From positions 2,088,777 through 2,152,776 of the forward strand of contig NW_003314265.1 of the NCBI RefSeq assembly GCF_000143415.4: a stretch of DNA of 64,000 bases. Reading direction: 5' to 3'. The position numbers were made by a program, and so were the translations under genes. This DNA comes from Selaginella moellendorffii (taxonomy: Eukaryota > Plantae > Lycopodiophyta). Shown here piece after piece: positions 1-13,117 of the stretch. Position 1 is the first letter of the stretch; the number at the start of each line of letters is the position of its first letter. The notes under the pieces were generated by a model, which saw only the letters and a list, made by a program, of their open reading frames with translations, was not told the DNA's origin and did not search any database.

Positions 1-1262
1 CGACTCTCTACCAAAGTTGCTCGTGTAATGAGTAACTTTGAGTTAGGGACTGGATCACATACCTCAATTTGGACTTCACCCGACTTAATGGCCATATTGG
101 CTCTGGCCTTCTTCGGGTAGGGACATTCCCTCGAAAAGTGTCCCGCTTCACTGCAGTTGTAGCATACTTTGTTTCCCACGCTGCTATACGACTTGACCTT
201 CTTATCCGTGGGTTTGTATTTTTTCGCTTGACTCCCCCACGTACTCGTTCGCTGGCCACCGGATTTGCTTTTCCGGAACCCCGAGGACTCATTCTTAGAG
301 AAACTCTTCTTGAATTTCCCCCTGCTATACGTTCCCCTTGGTTTTGCCCCTTTGCTAAACGTGGATCCCGACCCCGTCGTGTTCCCCTTTTGCAGATTAT
401 TGTTGAAATGCACTTTGATGGCCGCATCTAACGCTTCCTTGTAGTTGGTCGGGTTCCACCGCATCACCTCACCGCGAGCCCAGGTTTGCAAACCTGATAT
501 GAAGGCCTGGAACGCATCCATATCCCCCATGTCCGTGACCAGTATCCTCTTTGCCATTAACCCATTCACACATTCTTGGATGGTTCCAGTCTACTTCAGC
601 CTACTCAACTCACCTCTCAGATGCAGAGTGGCATTCGGAGGAACGTATGTTGCGCAAATCCTCACCTTCATCATGTCCCAAGTGGCCACCGGTCCTTCGT
701 TGGCCTCCGTCGTTCTCCACCAAGACTTGGCATTATCTGCCAAGTATGGTTTTGCACATGGGACCTTCTCCGAGCTTGGTAATCGCAACGCTCGGAAGTA
801 GTCCTCCATATCGTAAAACCAATCCTCCACCACTTTATAGTCATTCACTCCCTTGAAGACCGGTGGGGGCTTTGGTTTGTACTTGGGAACTGCCTGAGGG
901 ACTGATTCTACTTTGGTCTGTTCGACCTTGTTTGGTTCTGCCTCAGTCCCTGCCGAAGGGTCCGCACCTTCTGCACTGCCAGCATCCGCAGTCTTTCTCT
1001 TTTTCTTCTGCTTCTCGTCACGCTTTAGCTTGCGTACGAGAGTCTCCAGCAGGGCATTGGTCTGTGCCAACTGTCCTTCTAGCACATCCAATCGAGCCTT
1101 GGACGACCGAACCTCGCCACCGGACTCCTGTTTGGAAGTTTCCTCACTAGAGCCCTCCTCATGCAAGGATTCCTCATCCATAGCCTTTTGTTCGACCGAA
1201 GGCTCCAGCTCCGGCGGAGGTTCCATCTCCGCCTGGGTTCGTTTACGCCCTGCCTTTGCCAT
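1..1262 (-). pseudogene. gag: Retrotransposon gag with an in-frame TAG at 591-593
   Basis: ORF 591-1262 (PPVFKG..VEDWFYDMEDYF..AKSWW..TWDMMK) stops at LSRLK*. The same frame continues as TGTIQECVNG...FISGL...CYNCSEAGHFSRECP. Confidence 0.8.
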
Positions 1263-1321
1263 CTCCCAGCAATCCGCTTCTATCCTTCGCTAGAACTGAG
1301 GAAAAGGCTCCGATACCAAAT

Positions 1322-2473
1322 TGTAAGCCACAAATTTTTCTTTTCCAATTTGTCAGCTTACCTCGTCTATCCGACCAACACTGCCTTGGCTTGTGCTAAG
1401 TTCCCTTGCCAAGGTTCTCGCCTATTGTACCAGCTCCTACTTGGTCCTACTTGGTTTCAGCTACTCACTGCACAAGCAACGGAGTGTTAGCCATCCATCT
1501 ACGGATTCCCAAATCTCTCCCAATCCCCCTCCCCGGGTTAGACTGGACTTAAAGTTCGGCTACACTCCCCACAGGCACAAGCAACCAAGCACACCAAGCC
1601 TCCAAGTCCCTAACACCCCTTGGTACGACAAGACTTGATTATGGGACCCTCTAAATCCCAAGCCTTGGGTACAACACTTGCTTCAGGACGTCGGGGCGAA
1701 ACACCATGGCCTAACGGCCCGGTATGGGTACCTCTACCCCCCCACTTCCATCCCGAAGGGAAGGTCCAAGCCCCTAGGAAGGGCGACGACCAATAAGTCA
1801 CATGGTACTCAAGTGGGGCACCACTCCACATGAGCCGGGAGCACTGCAATCGGTTTCCCTTTCAGGAGTGGGAGTTGCTCTTGAGCACTTCCTTGGATGG
1901 CCCCTCTGGCACCAACCAAGTCCATACTCACTCCCACCCAAGGCCCCTCGGTCCCAGTCTCAACCTCAAGTCGGTTTGGAAGCCCCACTGGAGAGTCCCT
2001 TCAAAACTGGTTCCTGGACCTCACTATCCCTACTATACTTTTGGAACCCCTTGCAGCCCCCCCCCCCCCCCCTGGGAGACGCACGCTTTGGGCTTTCACC
2101 CCTTGACCCGTATTAGTATTTGGACTTAGTCTCTGGCTCGATCTCAGACTCGATTTCGGATCCGACTTCGGATTCGGTCTCGAACTCGATCTCGAACTCG
2201 ATCTCGGACCCGATCTCGAACCCGACCTCGGACTCGACCTCGGACTCGGTCTCGGACCCGATTTCGGATCTCGGACTCCGTCTCGAACTCGGTCTCGAAC
2301 TCGGTCCCCGAGTTGGCCTCGGACTCGATTCCGGACTCTATCTTAAACTCGGTCTCCGAGTCGGTCTTGGACTCGATCTTCGACTTGATCCCATCCGATG
2401 AACTCTTTGTCATTTTGGTCATGCTTTCGGGGTTCCTTTAGCCTACAACACCTCGGCGAGTTGGTTCCTTACA
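1322..2473 (-). repeat. 5' LTR containing a hexamer minisatellite (CTCGGA/CTCGAT/CTCGAA, about 2130-2400) and a poly-C tract
   Basis: TG...CA termini with a 6-bp terminal inverted repeat, adjacent to the PBS. Confidence 0.85.
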
Positions 2474-5160
2474 AAAAGGTGTAAAGCCAAAAACAAATAG
2501 TAAGGGGATAGAACCAAACCATAGGGGTTGAAGACCATAACCAAAGGTGGTTATGCCAGTTGGAAGTGGAGAATTAAGTGGGTGTTCAAGCATGTTGTCA
2601 TTAGTAACTGTGATGCCATGGAGAATCTAAAGCATGGAATTGTTTGTGTTAGACCATATAACAATTAGAAAACTTGCGAAAGAAGAAGCCTTAGCAAGCT
2701 AAGGGAAAAAGTTCCTTCAAGGTTCCCAAAGACAATTCTAAGTAGTTTAAAAAAGCCAAGGGTAAATGGTTCATAGAACGCACAAAATCATAGTGGCACA
2801 GCAGAAGTGTGGTTTTGAAGCTTGCCATAAGGCAATGCTATTAACGTTGGGGAAGTAGTCCCCGAGTGTTTAAAGGGATAGCTTTGAACAAAAGTCAATG
2901 GTCAAGGACTTTCATGCTTATACATAAAACCATGTTACATTGGTTGGATGACTTGCAAAACGTGATTGGCAAGTCAGGGGAACAAACCCCTTAGTTGAAA
3001 GTGCTAACTTCAATAGGTGTGGCCCATAGGGCCAAGCATGGAGGAGTCTATGCATAATCACAAACTTGTCAAGTGAGAGGACTTGGCAGTGCAGAGGAAC
3101 TAAGTTCCTAATCTGTGATCTGTAGCGTGCTTTAAGTATAAGTTGGTGCACCAACATGGGGAGTTATGCCAGACATCCTGGGTGATGCCATCCGTAGATA
3201 CATATATGGAGGTTGGGTTCAAGTCCCGACCTTCTAGTGCTTGCATTCGAGTCCCAACTCACTAGGGTGTGATGATGGTTTGGAAAATGAGGACACTCAT
3301 TTTCGGTGGTCATGGACTATTAGTAAGGAGACTGGCTTGGGCACACCGCCAAACAGGGGGATGCCCCAAAGTCATGATGCATGGTTACATTATTTAGTGT
3401 GGCTCGGCATATCTAACTTGAACACTTTGGTACGAGTGGCACCAAGGACGTGGTGAATGAAATGGGGACACTCAGTCTCAGTTGTTATGGACCTTTGGCC
3501 GAAAGGGCTGGCTTGGGTGCACTGCCAAGTGTGGGGGATGCCCCCGAGGTCATGGCCAACAAGTTAAAGGTCTGGAAGACCTAATACCTATTGGCAAACC
3601 TATTAAGGTGCCAAAGTTAAATCATTAGGTGATCTTATGGCTAAAAACAAGGACAAGGTCCTTATGAGGTTAAGTGCTCAAGGTACGAGCACAAACCAAG
3701 CAATAAATGAGTCTCTAGAAAAGGGACACAAGAGGACCCAAGATGGAGTCCAAGATGGACCCGAGATGGAGTCCGAGATGGACATGAGATGGAGTCCAAG
3801 ATGGACCTGAGATGGAGTCCGAGATGGTGTCCAAGACGGACCCAAGATGGAGTCCGAGATGGAGTCCAAGATGGACCCGAGATGGAGTCCGATATGGAGT
3901 CTGAGATGACCCGAGATAGAGTCCGAGATGGACCCGAGATGGAGTTCGAGATGGACCCGAGATGGAGTCCAAGATAAAGTCTGAGATGGAGTCCGAGGTG
4001 GAGTCCGAGGTGGAACCGGGACTGAGACCAAGACCGAGTCCGAGTCCGCGACCGGGACTGAGACCAAGTTTGAGTTTGAGTCTGAGTCCGAATACTAATG
4101 TAGGTAGTTTGGTGAAAGCCCAAAGTGATCATCCCCCCGGGAGGGGGGGGCTACGAGGGGTTTCAAAAGTATAATAGGGAGAGTGTGGGGGTTGGAGCCA
4201 AGTAAAACTAATTTGGCCAGGAAAGGCTAGTTTGGCCTAGGCCCAGGAAGGTTGTACCCAGTTGTTGAGTGATGAGCTGACCACTGGGAAGTCCAAGGCT
4301 AGAGTGAATACGGACCGACAAGCGGGGTAGCTTAGTAAAGTGTTCAAGAGTCAGCTCTAGTTCCCCCAGGAGATCGAATGGTCGATGCTCCTAATCCAAG
4401 CATGGGTGGCACTACCTACTTGGATACCTAGCGTGGCTTAACGGAACTTCACTCTAAGCCCATGGCTAAAGCACCCAAATGTGGAAGGTAGGGAGAGTAC
4501 CCACAAGGCTTGCGTAAGGCCACGATGTTCTGAAATGTTGTCCCAAAGGCCTAGACTGTGGAAAGGAAGAGGTGCAATCCTCTGGTGTAGTGACCAAAGA
4601 TACAGTCATGTGGTGAAGAAGTCCCAGAGGACTGTGAGACTTAGTGGTCAAGCTTGTGGGCCTTGATCTAATGGCAGTGTTGGCAAACACGGCCATAGAC
4701 AGAAAGGGACTTGGAGAGGACCAGAAAAGGGATATTGGGAAGGCTATTCTTTATATCTGTGGGCATCCTAAGGATGCTAAGGAGTGGATCTGGGGTGATC
4801 ACTCATGGATGGATGGCCCAATCTTTGAGAGATGGGACTGTGATATAGGTGGTGTTAGACCACCAGTGTGACCAATGTGAAGCGGCATAGCTTTAGTGTA
4901 ACGGGCTAATATGTTAGTGGTACTTTAGGGTATCGATCGTGAAATTGGACACGTGGAGCACTTAGATTATGTGCAAAGGTTGAGTGGCATTGATGCCATT
5001 CTCGAGGCTAGCAAGCCCCAAATCCTGAATTAGACTTAGGGAGGTTATGAATGAAACTCCTTTAATTGGTCGATAGTGTGGTTAAGTGATTAAAGTAGAA
5101 TGGAAAATTTAGTCGCTTATAGTTAAATTCATAAATTTATATTTGGTATTAGAGAGGTCT
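2474..5160 (+). mobile_element. Older degenerate LTR element of a related family in the opposite orientation (LTR about 3663-5141, PBS-like TGGTATTAGAG at 5144-5154)
   Basis: 4090-4180 is the reverse complement of about 2025-2120. The GAGTCC/GAGATG hexamer array at 3740-4090 mirrors the array in the first LTR. A PBS-like motif follows. The LTR ends are mutated. Confidence 0.6.
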
Positions 5161-5268
5161 TGGGTCCAAGAATTGCACCATATATTAATTGACATCTGGC
5201 AAGTCCAATTTTCTCCAATTGGGATTGATTTGAGAGGTAAAATGTCAAGAGAACGGGGCTTTTAGGAG

Positions 5269-5390
5269 AGCTATAGCTTTCAACTTCCGTTCATGAGGGC
5301 ATTAACTTACAAGGAAGTATAAGAACGGGGCTTTTAGGAGAGCTATAACTTTCAACTTTTGTTCACGAGGGCATTAATTTACAAGGAAAT
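5269..5390. repeat. Short tandem duplication (~50-70 bp unit)
   Basis: AGAACGGGGCTTTTAGGAGAGCTATA.CTTTCAACTT...GAGGGCATTAA.TTACAAGGAA occurs twice. Confidence 0.8.
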
Positions 5391-5612
5391 ATGATGAATT
5401 GTAAACAATTAAAGAAAATGACTTGAGTGACAATCTATGAAGTTTAAATATAAAAAGAAAAAAACCTATAAATCACACCTTTTTTTAATTGGAATATTTA
5501 AAATTAAGCATTTTTGGGTTTAAATAATGCATAAAGTCTAGGAAGTTTAAATTTAGAAGCTTACATGGTAGTGGGCCATTTTGGTGACAAAAGTAGTGGT
5601 GAATGGCTTGAA

Positions 5613-5790
5613 GACCAAAGGTGTTAACAATGAAATGCCACCAACAACTTTGGACTAACTACCAATGTCTATAGGCCATTTTATTCACATGGGTAATTAA
5701 GGACCAAAGGTGTTGGCAATGAAATGCCACCAATAACTTTGGACCAACTGCCAATGTCTAGATGTAAAATGGAATGCCACCAACAACTTA
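5613..5790. repeat. Short tandem duplication (2-3 copies)
   Basis: GACCAAAGGTGTT..CAATGAAATGCCACCAA.AACTTTGGAC.AACT.CCAATGTCTA is repeated. Confidence 0.75.
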
Positions 5791-6103
5791 ATAGTATCCT
5801 TAAGAAATATTATACTTTTGTAATTTTTATTATTTAATCCCATAGCTAGTTTTTGGAATCTCCGACCAGGCCTTCAAAATGTGAAAGTACGTTGAAAAAG
5901 CTAAAGAAACTCGCATCACTCTTGCAAGCTTTCTTTTTCCTCTAGTTTTCCCAAAGATTTTGTTCTCAGAGTATCAGAGAAGGTAGCATATTGTCACTGC
6001 ATGTAATGTACTGACCATTTCTACTGGAGAGGCATTTAAGTGCCTGTAGCAAACGAGGGTCAAGGCTTAAAAGTTCGAGGCGTTTGAAGCAAGCGTGATA
6101 GCG

Positions 6104-7574
<1,471 letters not shown>

Positions 7575-8109
7575 AGGTACCCAGGTATGGAAAAAGAGTT
7601 ATCAAAGTTTGGAAGACAGGCCTATAAACATGTAACTGGGATTGATCCATGCGCTCAATCAAGCATGGACCACTTCGTCCCATGTCACCAGCAACAGAAT
7701 TCACCATTACTGTACTGGGTCTGGAATTTATAAGTTTGTATTTGGCGGCAGATGGAAAACCTTGAGCTAAACTTTCTTACTTGCTGATTATTTGTAAATC
7801 AGATGCCGCACTAAATCCATTCCTGTGGTTGTGATGCCATGGAAAGTGAGCAAATGTTGAAAGTGTTCCTATGCTTTGAAAACTATGACTTTGATTCATA
7901 ATCCAAGGCGTTACACGTCAAAAATAAATCCAAGAAACCTTTGTGTAATGGGAGATGGGGGCATTGGGACGAAGTGGCAGTTATATGTTTCTAGTGCTAT
8001 CTTCAAAGCTTAAAGCCTCGAGCTAGAACTTTCCAAACACGGCCCTTTCAGTGCTTACACCACTCTTGTCTTCCTTCATCTTCTTGATTGATTTGCTGGG
8101 TCGCGAGAC

Positions 8110-8280
8110 TTAGCCGAGTTAACGTTGTAGACTTGAGCGGCCGCTTCAAGCACGCTCCTCCCAGCCCCATCGCCCCGAGCGCCTTGTCCGGGCTCTTCGG
8201 AACTTCCATATGCGAATCTCACGCCCCCTGGAAGTTGCAAAGCTAGAGAATGCAGGGCTGCAGCTAGAACGATCGACGCA
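8110..8280 (-). pseudogene. Chimeric relic: BAHD exon-1 piece joined to spermidine-synthase exon 7/8 pieces
   Basis: GGAAGTTGCAAAGCTAGAGAATGCAGGGCTGC matches the reverse complement of BAHD 13171-13202. GCGAATCTCACGCCCCCTGGA and CTTCAAGCACGCTCCTCCCAGC match the reverse complement of SPDS 7177-7199 and 7358-7382. Confidence 0.75.
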
Positions 8281-8327
8281 AGAAAGAAAAACAAAGAGGC
8301 CATAAAATATCATCCATTTAGGGCTTT

Positions 8328-9053
8328 GATGGCGATCCTTGTTGGGTCGCCTCGTGCGCCGACCGTGAGGAGCAGCAGCACTCTCCGCGAGGAGGATCCC
8401 AGCTCCAGGAGACGACCGGAGATGGAGATTGTGGAGCCCTCGCGGCCGCGCTTCGATCGCATTCCCTACGCCCCCTCCAGCGCCGAGCTCCTCAATCCCA
8501 AGCTCATCCAACCCCACGTCAAGCCGGCTAGATTCTGGAGGCCGCAGAGGGGATGGGGCAAATCCTACAAGAAGCCCACTCCACAGCAGGTAACACACGA
8601 TCGATAGCCATCTCCTGTTAAGATTTGTTCTTTTGATTGTGTGACAGAGTATCACAGGCTCGGTTCTAGGAGCACTGTGCGCGGCCGGAGCTTTCAAAGG
8701 CGTCACGGCTTCGTATGATCATCTTTCCACTCATCCTCTCGTACACAATGCTCCATTTGGTCTCACTGACGATGTGAACCAAGCACTGGCAACTACGGTA
8801 TGATCTTGTTGTCATATAGACTTTGGTGATGGATGATCCCTGCTTTTCTCGCCAAGGTACTGGGACTTGGATGGCTGGCCATCTCTTTGTTTGCGGCCAG
8901 CAGCGTCGGGTTAGCTCTCCTCTCGGCGAAGCTCTTGACTCAATCGTCAGCAGACGTTTCCAAGAGGTAAACTTTGTGGATTCTCAAGGTATAGTACAAG
9001 CGCGTATGTATATATTTGGGCTCATGTACAGTAGCCAACCTGGCTTTGCATGA
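8328..9053 (+). CDS. DUF3082-like plastid membrane protein, 4 exons
   Basis: Transit-like N-terminus, then PTPQQSITGSVLGALCAAGAFKGVTASYDHLSTHP...VNQALATTVLGLGWLAISLFAASSVGLALLSAKLL. This two-helix pattern recalls cyanobacterial/plant DUF3082. Introns are GT-AG. Confidence 0.6.
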
Positions 9054-9130
9054 AAGTTTTTACTCGTTCTCATTCTGCATGCTTTCTAGCGGGATTTGTT
9101 TTGCCATGACCATCGAACAGGTCTTTCGCT

Positions 9131-9702
9131 ATGGCTTTGCTCTTTGCTCTTTCCTGCGCCTTCACGAATTCTGGTAACACATTCATTCTCTCTACTCAAC
9201 TTGCTTGATTTATCTTCTTCTTCTAGTGGGAGAATCGGATGCTAGCACAGGCGCTGAGACGTTCCAGAGATCATGTATTGGTTGCCATGCTCGAGGAGGG
9301 AACATCCTTCAAGCAGTAAGACGCTTTGCACGACCATCTGAAACTCACGGGAACTTTTCTTTCAGGGAGCCACACTTGGAGCGGACGATCTCCAACGGTA
9401 GGAAAAGCATTTCTCGCGTGACTCTCGTCATTCTTTTCTCTCATTCGCAGGAATGGCATCTCAACAGTGGAAGATATCGTCAAAATCACGTACTATGGCA
9501 AAGGACGCATGCCTGTAAGAAGCCATTTGATAGAAGCAGAGAAGCCTTTTAACTTCAGCTAACAAGCTCGCAGGGATTTGGAGAGGGCTGCAAACCTCAA
9601 GGCCAATGTACATTCGCAAGCCGACTTAGTGACCAAGATATTCAAGCTCTTGCTGAGTTTGTGAAATCCCAAGCCGATCAAGGCTGGCCACGGTTGGATT
9701 GA
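9131..9702 (+). CDS. petJ: Cytochrome c6A (plant-type cytochrome c6); start uncertain (9131, or 9050 with an in-frame TGA)
   Basis: GAETFQRSCIGCHARGGN (CxxCH), GKGRMP axial Met, the c6A-specific two-Cys loop GFGEGCKPQGQCTF, and a C-terminal QADQGWP. It has 5 exons with GT-AG introns. Confidence 0.88.
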
Positions 9703-10199
9703 TCAATAGTATAATTGTGGGATGGTGTGTAGTTTGAAGTGATACAACTCACCAGGAATGTCCAGGGTGAGATATCCCTCATTCAGTGCAGGCCTTCGAT
9801 CTGAGAGGTTGTAGAAAAAAATTATTCTGTCTTCCTATGACGGTTTTGCTTATAAAATAGATAGATAGATAAGCCAATTCTCATCATCCAATACAAAGGC
9901 ATGATCTGATTTTGAATGCTTATTTAGTTTTTGGTTTTGAATGCTCAATTGCTGCAAATCAAATTTTCTATAACAGACAGTGAATGATCTATTCCAGGTA
10001 AATTTGCAACGACGTCACCCTCAGGAGTCAGCATCCCTTCGTTACAATTGTGTCAGTGGATTTTGTAATGTTTATGAATGCATGGACTTTATTGAAGTAC
10101 AAAATTGATACGATGGCGCCGCCACAATAGGAGCATCCATTTGCGTGAAGAGAAAGAAAAGCTGACAACGTTCTTGATGAATCCAAAATACCTGTGCTG

Positions 10200-10630
10200 T
10201 CTTCAAAGCTTTAAGCCTCTTTTCCAAACAGTCCACTTTCTTCTTCGAGTGTTTGCAAACTCGGGCAAGCACAGCGCCATGTGGTGGATCGATACGAGAT
10301 TTAACACCAAAGATTACGTGAATCGAGCGAGACTTACTCACACCCAAGTTGTAGTACTTAAACGGCCGATTCAAGCACGCTTCTCCGTCTTGTCCGAGAC
10401 ATGGACTTTGTGAACTCGATGCTTCTATGGAGCACAGTGCCAGGGCGATGACTCCGAGAAAAAGATCTTTACTTGTGGATTATGGTGTATGATTTTCTTA
10501 AACATCCTACAGTCTTCCTTGAACACAGTACGGTTCTTCACGGCCTTGATGTTTAGCCAGGGCTCTCGGACAAGGCACACGTGATCAAACACCGGGGTCG
10601 CAGCGCCTGCCACTGCCTCCTCGAACACAA
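10200..10630 (-). pseudogene. Spermidine synthase 3' fragments (exons 7-9) retaining an intron
   Basis: The minus strand gives ESPWLNIKAVKN, RPFKYYNL, an intron resembling SPDS intron 8, and AVLARVCK. There are many indels. Confidence 0.75.
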
Positions 10631-11984
10631 CTTTTGCTTGTGAGTGTGTCTTCAAATGGATTAAACTTTGAGAGCTTGGAAACCGTCTGACAAAGGAATT
10701 TCTACTTCGACCAGACTCTTTCGAATATCCTCTTTTTATTGAATAATCTCTGGAAAAACGCTATACCAAACAATTGGGCATGACAAGTTAAAAATCTCCA
10801 GAGGTCTGGTCCTTTCCAGGGGCCCCACTGAGATCTCTTGGAGTGTCAAGCTTGGTATTCCTGGTTTAGTTGTCATGTTTGGGGCGTCATTCACAAGGAG
10901 TGAAGCTGAGTGAAGACCAGACTTCAACCACAGAGCAGTAGCTTATGCATGTGTAGCCAGAGATGATGACAAGAACAAGCAGAAAAGGCTGTAGAAGTTG
11001 TCTTATGAAGGAAAACAGAAAAACAGCCAGAGGAGGAAGAGTGGGGACCTTGTCAAAGTTCACCAGTACCTCAGCAGTAGCAACAACCACCTGATCAATC
11101 AAATCCAGTTGTCAACATGGTGGCACTAGCAGTGACCAACAGGATGAAGTATCCCATGTACACAACGTGAAAAAGATGATGCCTTTGTGGATGACGGTGG
11201 TGGCAAGGCGTGGTATTGTAGCATGTACAACACGTACTGGATTGGGCAGTGTGTGGTGCTCCTGGGGTTTACTCCCACTAGATGGATTGTGTTCCACCCT
11301 AAGCACAGGATTTTCACGGGTATACTGGCGTCGCAGAGTACGTAATTTATTAGCAATTTTCTGTAATTTCTTTTTATTTCAAGAAAGGGAATAGGTGTCC
11401 CAGATCTTGCAAAAGTAGCTCACGTCCTGATGTAAACTTGGTCCTGCCTTACAAGAGCTTGATCGCGTTTGTCTATATGAAACTTTCACAACAAAAAACA
11501 AGCTTTTTGGCATGAAATCGTCAGACGAATGGGAAAAGCAGTTTCCAGCTAGGACCACTGTAAAAGTATGGAGTTTTACTCCTCCATTGCTCATTATTGC
11601 AAAATGCCAGATTCTCAAGCAAATTGAAATGGACCCAAGTTTACAAGATGAATTCTGTGATGTCACAGTACTGTGCTATTTGCACCGTGAAAATGGGGTG
11701 GAGCACAATTTGCTCAACGAATTCCATGGATGCTGCGCTCAGCGCAAGGCGAGCTGAGAAATAACGCTGAGAAATAATGTTGGGCACCTGCGATCTTCAG
11801 AAGACGTCAATGGTCCAACCTCAATGATCCGTCGCTGATCCTTGACCGGCCTCGCACCTCTCCACCTCGCAAGGTACGAAGCTGCTAAGAGTTATACTTC
11901 AGAATGATCAACGCGGCATACGCGACTAAGGAACCCGCTACAACGCATTCATGCATGTCCTGCATGAGATTGTTTAGTCGGCTT

Positions 11985-12910
11985 GGGTGCAGCCCTATCA
12001 AATTCCTGCGAGCTCGTTAAAAGGTTTTACTTCTTCTGGATTCTTACAGGCATACGTGCCATAAGATATCACTGTTGACCAATTCTTACGAACGAGAGAA
12101 AAGAATGACGTGACTCACTCGAGAAATGCTTCTGGTGATCGTCCCAAGTGACAAATGTTCCCCAAAGCGTCTTACTGCTTGAAGGATGTTCCCTCCTTAG
12201 AAGAAGGTAACGAAGAAGAACAATCCTCATCAATCAACCAAGTCGAGGAAATGAATGTTACCAATTCTCGTAAAGGCGCAGGAACGAGCAAAAATCAGGT
12301 TGCCTCGGCAGCGAAAGACGTGTTTTATGGTCGCGACAAAACAAATCCCGCTAGAAAACATGCAAGTGAAAACTTTCATGCAAAGCCTCTTGGAAACTTC
12401 TGATGGCGATTGAGTCAAGAGCTTCGCGAGGCTGCTGGCCGCAACAAAGAGATAGCTAGCCATCCAAGTCCCAGGACCTAGGCGAAAAACGCAAGGATCA
12501 TCCATCACCAGTATATACGCTATGATCCACAAGACAAACCGTGGTTAAGAGTGCTTGGTTCACATGATCAGGGAGACCAAATGGAGCATTGTGTACGAGA
12601 GGATGAATGGAAAGACGATAATACGAAGCCGTGACGCATTTGAAAGCTCCGGCCGCGCACAACTCTGTCAAACAGAGGAAAAAAAAATCAAACAATCACA
12701 CGATCAAAAGAACAAAAGGAAAACAAATCTAAGAAAACCCTGTCCGCTCCTCTGCGCCTCCAGAATCTAGCCGGCTTGACGTGGGTTTGGAGCGCTGGAG
12801 GAGGCGTAGGGAATCGAGGGCTTCACAATCTTCCTGGAGCTGGGATCCTCCTCGCGGAGAGTGCTGCTGCTCCTGACGGTCGGCGCACGAGGCGACCCAA
12901 CAAGGATCGC
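11985..12910 (-). pseudogene. Degraded copy of the DUF3082-like + cytochrome c6A gene pair
   Basis: Reverse complement of 8330-9600 with deletions (CxxCH exon part lost, ATG lost). Introns are retained. Confidence 0.85.
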
Positions 12911-13117
12911 AACACACAGCCCTATAAAATGAATGATATTTTTCTGTCAATCTAGGACAATGTGCGATAAGCACGTTCTTCTCGTGGGATCTTCGGGAAG
13001 AAACGTCTCGTGTGGGATGATCTAAGTTTGTCAGTGTATTTCGAAAGTCTTTTTGGTGTTCTTTCTCCCTCTCGAGTGTTTTTGTGGTTTTTGTGGATTT
13101 CATCGTTGGTTGCAAAG

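Larger units (their letters stand above)
1..2473 (-). mobile_element. Ty3/gypsy-like LTR retrotransposon, 5' part (5' LTR, PBS, gag); continues beyond the left edge of the window
   Basis: The LTR at 1322-2473 is bounded by TGTAAG...CTTACA. A tRNA-Met-type PBS (TGGTATCGGAGC, minus strand) lies at 1307-1318. The gag-like ORF starts at 1262 and has a CCHC knuckle CYNCSEAGHFSREC at about 123-164. Confidence 0.9.

Noticed and set aside
2120-2422. Low-complexity ORFs (SISD/RVRD repeats), also at 3662-4174
   Set aside because: These are translations of hexamer arrays inside LTRs, not genes.
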